A stretch of DNA of 64,000 nucleotides from Asterias rubens. Its lineage: Eukaryota. Under the pieces are notes generated by a model. The model made no database searches. It worked only from the letters and a program-made list of their open reading frames with translations, and had not been told where the DNA came from. Shown piece by piece: positions 9,638 to 21,600 of this stretch (position 1 is the first letter of the stretch; every line of letters begins with the position of its first letter). The stretch spans positions 4,092,001-4,156,000 of the forward strand of contig NC_047071.1 in assembly GCF_902459465.1 (NCBI RefSeq), given 5' to 3'. Position numbers and translations under genes: made by a program.

Positions 9638-12600
9638 ATGGCAGCTTCTTGGGTCAGGTTAGGAATTCAACAAGCCTTGAAGTGCTCGGTAAGAAGTTGT
9701 CTATTGATACTGCCTCATCAACTTTTTGGACTTTTTGTTTTTACTTTTACTAGTTAGTGACGACCACCACCAGGTGATTTCAGATTGATCATTCATGCGT
9801 TGAGTGCACATGTTGATGTTCTGTTGTTGTATTATTGTCTTAACTTTGTTTTGTTTTGCTATGCTTACGATTGTTACTGTCAGTATTTCTGTTTATAAGT
9901 CTGTGATCTACATGTAGATCACAACCGAATAATCACGGGGATTACCAATCTGGTTGTAATTGTATTTGGTTTGTTTACTTCATTAGTTTACCTTTAGCCC
10001 GTTTAGAGGTTAGTCTTGAGTCTTTTGGGTATTTAAAGTAATCCCTGGTAGCAGTTCTGTTTCACTGGAACCATGGAGGTTCTACCTCCATGCTGGGACT
10101 AAACTGGGATGGTGCATCAGGTGCCGCCACTGGTCAAATGTGCAGGTGATAGTGAACTTATGTTTAATTAATATGCAAGTGAAAAGCAAAAGAGATTTAC
10201 AATACAGGAGCGTGGAATCAGTGCTAGGTGTTAAAACACCAAGAGCTGGTAGGGCTATTTTGGGGCTATTTTCTGGAATGCTATGACAGCAGAAATAGAA
10301 TTTGATAGTCTTCCCATATAAAAGGGAACTTGGCAAACTCGCACCATGCCACAGGCCCAGGGATAAACACCAAGCTGGCAACAGCCAATCTATCTCATTG
10401 GTGTAAGGTCTATGATGATTTAATATGAATTGCACAAATCAAGAAGTTGTGATTCAGTAACTACTGCTAGTACTAGATGACAATATTTATTCCAGTCTTT
10501 TGAAATCAGCGGTTAGCTGGGGGTTTCGAATCCACAACCATGTGATAGCAAGTCCTGCAGTCTTAACCACTTGACCACAGTGACAGTGATTGTCAATTAC
10601 CATAGTGCCCTGTTTGTTTTTTTGTGGTGCCCTTTGCAAAGCCAGTAAAATTACAATTTTCCTCATATGGTCAAAGCATGCCCCTTATTTATCAGAGGAT
10701 AAAAAATTGCTATGCCCCAAAGTCCAAGGCCTGGGTAAGTTAATCAGGACTTTTCAATTGTGTTCAGAGTTTATTTGTACCAAGGTGCTTTCGTTATTAT
10801 TGTCATTGAATAACAAACTGAATTTTTGGGTTGAACAAAGAATTGACTAGAGTGGGATTCGAACCAACGACCTCCGGATTAACGTGCCGGCGCTCTACCA
10901 ACTGAGCTATCTAGCCCTATATTGGGGGTGTCCCTATTTTGTCAATATTTTTGTTCGGGGTGAATAAAAAACTAACGCAGGCAAAATATTTCTTGTTTTA
11001 TTGCAGAGGGTAACCTTGTCAAGGCCTTACTCTTCAGAAAACTTGTGGAAACTTGGACGAATAAACCACGTGGCAATAGTGGTGCCCAATCTCGGTGAGT
11101 ACTGTTTTTGTGTATGTAAATTTAGTCTGGTTCTTTGTTCTTTCCCTAGAAGATAACTTTTGAGTAGAAGTGTACATGTAGTAGGCCCTATCCAATGAGA
11201 AGTGCTCAAAGGTGGTTTACCATTTATGAGAATCAAATGGCAAAAGAAAATTCCTTGAAATGGTTTTGATCCACCCCTAAATTAATTGACTGACTATTTT
11301 GTCTGTTACAAACACACACTGTAGGACAAAGTGATGTCACAAATGAAGGAAAATTGTTTTATGACTGCTGTCCAAGCTCGGGAACATTTAAAAACAAATC
11401 TTTAAAAACAGAGGACATAGACTGACAAAAACGAGGACCTTAAGAGAACACAATACACACAAAATTTAAGTTTACTTTCCCCTTTGGCAAAGTTTGTTAC
11501 TAATCTCAACATTATTTTGTTTCGTTGTATATTTTTTAGAAGAAGCAACACATCTTTACAAGAATGTGTTCCAAGCAACAGTCAGTGAACCACAAGTGAG
11601 TATCTTAATGGGTGCGTTCGTTTAGCTTCCCTGGGTCTACCCCGCGGTGCTCACTCGGGTGAGCCCTGACAAGAGCTAAACGAACAACCACTCGCCACTC
11701 TCGTAGTGACGTTGTTTACCTGGGGCCAGCCCCCAAGTGACCCACTCCACAAGAAGGGCACTGGGAGCTGACCCGGGTGAGCCCCTGGAATGATGTCCAA
11801 GCTATTCGAACGCACCGAGGCAGACCGGGGATGACCCAGGGAAGCTAAACGAACGCACCCAATGATTGTTAATATTATTATTTATTATTATTTCTTGTAA
11901 TGAAACCCAAGGATGCCTTAAAGGGTGTATGTACTTTTTGTAGGAGAAAAAAACACAATGTCCACAGATTTACACTAAACTTACACAGTTTGAAGATAAT
12001 GATAGTAGAAAGCTTCCCTGAAAATATTACGTACCGAGGTGCTGTAGTTTTTGGGTAATGAGTAAAACAATGTCATGAAAATAGTTTTCTTACCCAGTCA
12101 GTTTCCCTTGTGGTTTATATTGATATCTGAAACAAAAAGTCGCATCCCCTTAAGGTGATCCCCTGGCTGCCGCTTCCCAGGTTGTATCGTAATTTGGGTG
12201 TGATCCCTGGCTACACGGCAGTAAACGGTTGTATGGCTTCTGACTGGCACCCCCGAACAAAGATAATGACAAAATTGGGACACCGCCAACATAGGGCTAG
12301 ATAGCTCAGTTGGTAGAGCGCCGGCACGTTAATCCGGAGGTCGTTGGTTCGAATCCCACTCTAGTCAATTCTTTGTTCAACCCCGAAAATAGTTTTCGTC
12401 TCATGAGACGAAAATTATTTCAAGCATTTACAAACGTATTTTCATGACATTGTTTTACTCATTTCTCAAAAACTACAGCACCTGCAGGTAAGTAATATTT
12501 GAAGAGAACCTTTCCACTATCATTATCTTCAAATCCTGTAACTTTAATGTAAATCTATGGACATTTTGAAAAAGTACCCACATCCTTTAAAGGGTCTGTT

Positions 12601-15600
12601 TCGGTTTTGTACTGACTCTAAAAATTAATGGCAATAAAAACTACAGCAGCTTTGTAAAGCCATATTTGCATTTTGAGACACATTTGATAAATTTGTCAAG
12701 CAGTATTTTCTGCCATTATGAAATTCAACCCCGGTGGCTAGCAACATTTTTTCAATCCTTTAATTTAGAAACTTGTTGTTTAGGATTAAAAGTAGTTATA
12801 TTGTTTAAAACCACTATGTTTTTATCATTTCAATGTAGGCCTTGCCTGAACACGGAGTGACGGCCGTCTTTGTAGAACTACCCAATTCCAAGTTGGAGCT
12901 GTTACAACCACTTGGTGATGATAACCCCATCCAGGGATTCCTTAAGAAGAGGCCTGGTGGTGGAATACACCACATTTGTCTAGAGGTGAGGCTCCTTTCA
13001 ATCACAATTCCATTTTATTTTTATTTTTTCATCTAATTTTTATTTTATTTTCATGTAGTGTGATAAAAATAGCTCTTAAAGTTGGCTTTGAGAAATGAGA
13101 CTTAGTCACCAAAATACGTTTAACACACTAAAATAATTTTCGTCTCACTGAGACAAAATTGTTTTTGTGACTTGTTTTACTCATTTCTCAAAAAATACAG
13201 CACCTCAGCAAGTAATATTTTAAGGGAATCTTTCTACCATCATTATCTTCAAACTGTGCGAGCTCAATTTCAATCTGTGGACATAGTTTTTTGTGTCCAT
13301 CAAAAAGTACCCAGACCCTTTACTGTTGTAATATTTTGATGTGCTTTTCAATAAAAAACATCTAAAAACTATGGCCAGTTTAGGTCAAATAGTGTGATAT
13401 GTTTCCTGGTTTTGGTGAGTGTGACCATAGAGTAGCTCTGTCTTTACTCTGTGGTGTGACAAAGCAGGAAAGTGCCCTTATTTCATGGAGAAGAGATACA
13501 ATGTGGACAAGCTGTGTGTATCTGTATTTGTTCAGATCCTTCCTGTACACATGTATGTACAAACTAAATAGGAACAATGAACCTTAAAACCTACATAAAA
13601 GAGTTGACAAGTTTGTGATGTAAGAATCTCTGAAGAGTTACATGTAACTTTGAAACTACACTGTAGGACTACAGATTCCTGAACAACTCTTCCTGATTCT
13701 GTAAGTTTCCTTCAAAATAAACCAATCGTTCCATGTTCTGATGAGCAAATTAAAAAATCTCCCTGCTTGTGGAAACTTTTTCCCTATTAAATTACACTTA
13801 ATAATTTATATATATAATTATTTCCCTGATTGTTTTTTATTTCTCTGTTTTATTAAAAGTGTATCTATCAACATGTTACTGAGCATTGAGGAAGGAAAAT
13901 ACCCCCCAAAATCCTTCCTCCACACTTAAAATATACACAATTTTTAGTCAAAAATCATTACCTTAACTCGCCATAGAGGGCAGCATTCATGGGAGTAGTC
14001 AAAGGGAAATTTTGTACTTGGTCGATGGCTTGTTACTGTGTGCACATGCTGCACTTCATTACATGATGTATGGGACCTCAAATGCCATGTCAAGTATGAA
14101 GCAGAACTCTCTAGTTTTCGGAGACTACATGTCAATTGTTTGCCACAAGAGATGTTTGATTTTAGACCAGTATCGTAGGACTCAAGTCCGAGGATACTGA
14201 ACCAAGTCTGTTGAGATTTTACAGCTCGAGTCTTACCGAGAAATTGTTTGGGACTCGGACACAGACTTGTTTTAACTTGACTTATCATGTCTTAAAGTTT
14301 ACTCTGATAACTACTTGTGACTCACGAGTCACATATTTTTCCCGGCAATAATTTAAACCAAAATGAGATGAACAAACATCTTTTCATCATCGGAGAAATA
14401 AATTAGAGGAGTTCATCCTGAAATGTAATATGAGACATCTTGAAGATTTGGGATCTGGGTTGCAGATGGCAATAAGAAAGGAGGGGTCCCTTAAACCCAA
14501 CCCTCCACCCCATCCTAACCCTGCCCAAAACAACAAAATAAATATGCAGTCCAAAGCCAGCTTACTTAATGACATTTTGTACTAAAAAATGAAAGATAAA
14601 CACTTTTGAAGAAGGGCGGTTAATCCCTATAGATTCTTAACTCAACTTGCTCTAGATTTTACATCAGAGTATTGTCGCCTGCGTTTGTGCGGACAACATG
14701 TGTTTGTGGATCATTTTCCCCTCATACGTGTCAAATTATTCAATGAACACGTTTCATATTTTGTGTTAATGACCATGGGATATTAATTACAATCTGATGA
14801 CAATTAACATTTTAAGTTATTCTTGCTTTTGGGAACTATGAAACAGTGATTCTTCCTATAAATGCTACACATGTACAACTTTTGTACAAGCCTAGTCTGC
14901 CATTGTACATAACATGTTCTCCAGCTGATGGGTTTTCTATGCATAATATTTATGGTTGACACGCAATCCTCCTGTAATGTAGATCCCACCTGCTTTCGAA
15001 ATGACCTTTGCTATCTTTTGACAATCATCAGTGTGTAGTTTAGTAGCGCAGTGGACGCAGGCAGGCTCAGCAAAATGCATTCTTTGAACCACAACCCCCC
15101 CCCCCCCCCCTTTTGTATTATTTTAATTTCAACTTCCAAGGAGACTGCCGTTAATTTATGGGCATTTAGGTGTATCGGCCATCAGTCCAAGCAGACTGCA
15201 GTGTACTCGTTTATCATTCTTGCTTTGTGGACTGGATTCCATCTGTTCATTAAGATATGCTTGGCTGGTTATATGGCAGTTTCGATGGGCAGTTGGTTGG
15301 CTGGCTGCTAAAATCAGTCAGGGATGCCCTGTATATAACTCATAGCCCAACCCAATAGAAGAGCTTGAATAAGGGACCTCCAGAATTTGAGTCTAACGAA
15401 TGAATAGGCAGACTATGAACCAGTTGTAGAATGAAACCCTTTGTCAGTAATTTTGTTTCAGTAGCCAGTTTGCATGTTAGTGTATTCCAATAAGATTCGA
15501 AACTTAAAACACAAATTGCAGGATTTGAAATTGAAACAAAAGTTATTTAATTGATTTATTTCACTCTGAGAGCACACTGGTTATAAACAGAGATGAGAAA

Positions 15601-18600
15601 TTTCAGACTCATCTGACTGCAGACTTTTTATGTTTTTCGTTATTTAAAAAAAACAGAATCATCTGTCATCATTCATTCAGAAAAAAAATTATGTACTACA
15701 TTACAATTTCTTTTGGTGAAAAATCAGACCATACATCTTTAATTTCTTTTTTAAATAAATCTATTCAGATTAAAATCTATCAACCTCTTGCACATAGAGG
15801 ATATTCAAATTGCCAACGTATACATTGCCTCCAGAGTATGGCTTGAATAATTGTACGTACCTGTGTAGGTTTCAAATGTGTGGAAAATGCATTATCAAAA
15901 ATACGGGGTTTAAAATGAAGATGCAATTAGGTTGCACAGAGCATTTTAATCAAAATTAACCATGACATAAATGTTATGAAAATTGCATGCACAATTAATG
16001 TCTTGCAATCTTGTGGAATGATGATAAAGTTTGCCTTTGTTGCATTGATCAAAATGATAATTATGTGAAAGAAATTCATAAGCCAGAAGTTTTTTCTTTT
16101 GAGATTTGGGTCCTTCGGATAGGGCGTAAGTTGCTTAAACTGGAGTGTTGTGTTATGCTAAGAAGAACCTAGTACACTTATTGCCAAGAAAAGGGGTTTG
16201 CTCTGATGTTTTCTGCTATTGCTGTAGATTGCGCCACATCATTTTGTTGTAAACCATTACATGGTGCCTATGGGTCTTACATGTACACTCAAACTAGCTT
16301 CGCATACCTTATAGAAAAAAGAAATCATAATGAGCGCTTCGATATGCCCTCGGGTGTGATTAAGAGCATATAAGAACTGCATATTATTATTTATTATTTA
16401 TGAAATGTGATCCCTGGTATAGAAAGGCTATGTGTAAACAGTGAACGTGATACATGTAGGTGAGAAATGTGCTTTCTGCCGTCAGCCTCCGAGATGGTAA
16501 TGAGGTTTGCATTTACCTTACACTTTGGGCCGAGGCAGTTAATGAAACCTTGAGAGGGAGTTCAGCTCAACAGTTAAAGACACAGAAAACAATAAAGCAG
16601 AGGAATATGTGATTTATAGTCGGGTTTAGAGCGCAAGGCCAGATTGATATTTGATGTCAATCTGGTATTCCGTGCAGCTGTATCTTCCTTCCTATTATAT
16701 GGGTCGGGTCCAGCGCATCGGAGCACACAGCAGGACATTTCCTCTATGGGTTTGACAATGACATCATCATCTAGCCTCTCCTCCTCCAGCGATAAGAAGA
16801 CTGAATCAATGATGGATGGACTGCTTCCTGTTGTTTTTAGAGGAAGTGTTGGCCAGTGTAGAAAGGACAGAGCAAGGCAATTGTAGAAATATTCAGTGGC
16901 CACTGGATGGTTTACTGGCTAATTTACCTATCATTCAAGACAGTGAGGGGGTTGACTGTGTACTGGATGCATTAACCACACCATATTGCAGACTGGCTTA
17001 GTTAATCTACATGTATCATTCAAAACCACAGTGGATGATATTAAATGGTAAAACAGTTGGAGGGTTAACTGTGTACTTTTTTCATTAATTACATTATATT
17101 ATATTGTTGGCTTGCTTTGTTTATCATTCAAGACCACAGTGGATGAATTTTCAGGTATGTAGTTGGAGGGTTGACTGTGTACTGTGTCGATCCATTCACC
17201 ACATGATATTGTATTGCATACTTGTCATTCAAAACCGTGCGAATAATATTGGATGGGTCACACAGTAGGAGGGTTAAGACAGGAAAGTGAACTTTCAGAA
17301 AAAGACTCCCATTTACTTAGTATGAAGTTGGTACTGCTGGTCAAAAATATGCTGTGAAAGAAGGGAGACATTAAAACCTACATGTAGGTTGGGTTTGACA
17401 ACCGTTTGAAGTGAACCTCATTTTGGCATGAAGTGTTGGGTTCTGAGAAGAGCCAGTGTTGAGAATCTCAACATTATCTCAGCTCCAGCACTTCTCTCAG
17501 AAATTCAAGCCACAGGGTTGTCATCCTCAAACTAGTTTTCTGACTTTCCTCCATTGTCTTCCAATCGCTCAAATCTCAAAACTCCAACATATTCAAAATT
17601 CTGCTGCTAGACTGGTTACCCGCTCATCCGCTCGACAACATATCACCCTAGTACTTCGCTCACTTCATTGGTTACTCGTCTCCAAACGCATAGAATTCAA
17701 ACTTCTCCTGCTGACATACAAATCTCTTCACCAATCCGCACCTCACTATCTTCAAGATCCCCTTCATCTATATGTGTACCTCATCGTACCCTCTGCTCTA
17801 GCTCTACCTCTCAACTAGTCCCATACATCACTCGCACAAAGTCTTATGGCCACCGCTCGTTCTCGTATTCTTCACCCTCACTCTGGAACAACTTACCGCA
17901 CAACATCAGAACTGCTCCGAACGAGAACATTGTCAAACATCTGCTGAAAACTTACCTGTTTACTCATTAATTTTTGTTAAGCGCTTCGGGACTGTTGTGT
18001 GAAGCGCTATACAAGTGCCGTTCATTATTATTATTATTATTTCCACACCAAGCAAAGATTCATTCTAAGCCAGGCCTGGAATTATCAGGAGGCTACATAG
18101 ACCATGGCCTTTGTTGCGACGAGCTTGGCCTTGGTGACCCTTCAAAAGTTGCCCATAGACTTTTAAGATTCACCAATGGAAGTGCAAGATGGAAATGTCT
18201 TTGTCCTCAAGATGAAATTTCAGGCCTTCTAAACTATCCTCTTAAAGACTTTGTGTGAGCCGTTTGTGAAGCCTGAAGCCTTTTAATATTTTTTAACAAG
18301 GGTGTTTTTTTCTTTCATACATACGTCCTCTTGCAACCGCGATGACCAATCGAGTCCAAATTTTCACAGGTTTGTGAAATATGCATATAATTATGTTGGG
18401 ATACACCAAGTGAGAATATTGGTCTTTGACAAGTACCAAACGTGTCCAGTGCCTTTATCGTGTGAGATTTCTGGACTCGTGTTTGTTGTTGTGGTTGGTC
18501 ACTGGATTAAGGGGTGGGGCTCTATGAATCGGTCTATTCTGGGGGGGGGGGAATGTAGTATCTGGTTTTACAGAGAGTAAGCGAAAGAGAAGCATGCATG

Positions 18601-21600
18601 TCCTGAAGGAATTTTCAGATCCTATGCCCCGAGGAATGTCTAGTCGGCTAATAAATGTTACTTCCATCAGGATGACTTTAAAGAGAGGTACAAGTTTCAT
18701 CTTGAGAATGTTTGGATTAATCCGTTGTGATCGATTGGAACGATCGCTCATCAGACGCAGATTAATACATAATCTGGCTTTTTTCAACCGCCTGACAAGT
18801 ATATTTCAACAACAGTATAGCAAAAAGCACGCCATGCGACACTTAGGAAGCTATTCAAGTTCTAGTTAAATCCATCTTTGGCCAATTAAATTTCCTGTCT
18901 GAGGGGGAATGCGGGGAACGCTAAGCTTGTTGAAGTCGACTCATGTTGAGACGGGTAATTTGAAAATAAGCTATTCTTCCTGAAAAAGAACTGATGCAAA
19001 AATGGACCCATGGTACCCAAGGGTAGATTGGGGCCAAATACAGATGTGCTAACAGATTATTGAACCCTTGTCTTGTAGTCATGCTTTTGTATTGCAGATT
19101 AGATATCGAACGTCTTTATGAATTTGGGCAGCAATGGAAGTGTCGTGGCCGAGCGGTTAAGAGCACCGAATTCAAACTCTGGTGTTTCTGATCAGCAGAG
19201 TGTGGGTTCGAATCCCCAGCCGTGACACTTGTGTCCATAATAAGCAAGACACTTAACCTTCGGATGGGACGTAAAGCCGTTGGTCCCATGTGTTGTGTAA
19301 CGCATGTAAAACAACCCAGTGCACTTTAGCTAAAGGACATCGAAACATGGATAAACCCAGAGCTGTTAAGCACAGAAGATTGGTTACCAGTCAGTATACC
19401 ATATCATGTTTATTGTGTGTGCCTGGTACTCAGCAAATTGCATACATTTTTGCTAATTTTTTTTTTTCATTTAACAGAGTGTGTGGGCTCAGATAGGGAT
19501 GTACTTAGGCTATGTCCAAATTTGCAGCTACGGCTATAGCTAGATTTCTGCATCATCATGCGATAAGGTATAGGACAGCCTTAGCAACACCCTTAGCAAC
19601 AGCCGTAGCCGTAGCTGTAGACGCCAACAGAGTGTCAATTTTCATGTAGACTCAAGAAGTCATTTTTTGAGTCAGGTTACCAGGGCTGTAAAAAACCCCA
19701 CATCCATGTTGATTGATTCTCAGAATAAAGCTTCAGGTCATATTGTTGAAAACTCTTTAAATAAAGAAAATGATGTTGATTGATTTCTTGGTATTGGCTT
19801 TGATTGATCTAGTTATAATTGTCCTGATAACATAATTAATCCCAGATCTCCATGGCCGCTCTCTGGTTAGACTCAAACGATGACAGTCCTGCATCCTCAA
19901 AGTCTGCCAGATTTCCTGGGGCACAGCAGGGGAAAACAAAAGGGAACTTACGGATTTTTAACTGTTTCAGTCGTGCCACTTTGAATTACCTGTTGCGTGG
20001 GAGAGTTTTTAAAGGGTTTAAACCTTCCTTCTTTGAGTCGTTGGCTGCGAGTATGTAGGCCCTCTTTTTCTTATTCAGAAAAAAAAAATCTTGCATTGGG
20101 ATTAAAAGTCCATCTTCCCAAAATACTCAAGAGGGATCTTTAATGAAGTAGAATTTGCAAGAGTCCATTAACAGCAACCAGTCACCAGCCGGGTCATTAC
20201 CATGCAGTAAAGACCGGCTGCTCACATTGTTATTGCCTGATTAACACCAAACTTTTAAGGACTTGGAAAAGATCTGTTCCAACGGTTTCAAGCAATTGTT
20301 CTGTGGGCCTGCAGTACAAATCACATCCTACAAAGTCTGACTTGCTGCATAGAGTTTTTGAGGAACTGAGAGTGAGTACAAGCTGGAATGATACCTGGAA
20401 AATTGTACGTCGGTAGGTGCAACATCTGGCAAACATGCAAAACAAAAGACAAACCAACAAACTTATTACAACAAACTTTTGTTATTTTAATTTTGATTTG
20501 ATATTTTTTTTATTTTTTTTTACTTCAGATCACAACTTCAGTTTATTACATAAAGCAAAGCATAAAGCCGGAAATCGAAGAATTTCCATCCATATGGTAT
20601 TGTTGATTTTCAAAGCTTATAATAAATAGTCTAAAAGATGCATATAAAGACTGTTTTACATGGTTTAGTTTGTGAACATGCAGTTTGTGATAAATGCTTG
20701 ATGACATACAGCCACTGGGTTCAACGGTCTGTTAGAAATTGCGTTTGGTCTTTTGGTAGAATTTAAGAGCCAATCAAATAACTAATTTTGGACTGCAGCT
20801 CTCTCACGCTGGGGGATATTCGACCATGAAATGGTCTATTTTATGAATATGAATAATGAATATTTTATGGGTAGGAGGTGACAGTAAGGAGATTAGGACG
20901 TTCTACATAATGATTAACATGGCTCCTCAAACGCCCACACAACCGTATTAATAAGAAAAACACGTATTGAAAGTCAAGGTTTTTTGTGAAATTTGTATGA
21001 AAGGAAGAAATTTCTCTGTTCCAGTGCACATGGGCAGTTATTAACGAGTGTAGATTCAGTGTGAATGTGGCTAGCCATGCGATGCGTTGAGAAAAGTACA
21101 CATCCTGCTGGGAGTGTGTTTAGATGCTTTTGTGTCTTTTTTTGTTATTTGAAGTAGTCCATAAATGTCTACTTTTGAAAAATAACCCCCAGCACTAAAA
21201 TCTATCACCAACGCGGTATTCATGGCATTTTCTTTTGCATGTTGCTGCTTACCCATCCAGAAACATGCCCTTGCTATACTGCAGTAATGAAGCAGGCAAC
21301 AAAAGTTATCTAAACTTGAGGTCAGGTTCAGGTTTCACAAGTTTTAGGCGGGCAAAATATTTGTTTTTGGTTTTCTGGTTTTCTTATTAGCAACATTGTT
21401 ATCAAATATTCTGAAAGTCTATTAGAACTTTCATCATGTGTACATGTTTGGCAACCAACCAATTTTTTCCTCTACTTTTACTCAGGGGCTTAATATCTTG
21501 CCGAGTGTTTTGCCTGTGGATTTGTTTGACAGAGTTATCAAGTCAAAGTATAGACGATGTGACCCATGTTTACATTCAAACCGTCCTCTGTTGAAAAAAA

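Larger units (their letters stand above)
11922..12585. mobile_element. Kolobok-type fold-back MITE, family 2, interrupted by retroposon copy B
   Basis: TTAA|AGGGTGTATGTACTTTTT ... AAAAAGTACCCACATCCT|TTAA with long inverted arms. A truncated sister copy lies at ~13085-13321. Confidence 0.75.

Noticed and set aside
12295-12367. Functional tRNA-Asn gene
   Set aside because: It has C33, a 31-39 mismatch and a T-stem mismatch, lacks an immediate T4+ terminator, and is embedded in a TSD-flanked repeat. It is kept only as tRNA-like.
12590-13321. Composite transposon enclosing MCEE exon 4
   Set aside because: The left side matches the family-2 TIR for only ~8 nt after TTAA. The right element is better explained as a separate truncated copy.
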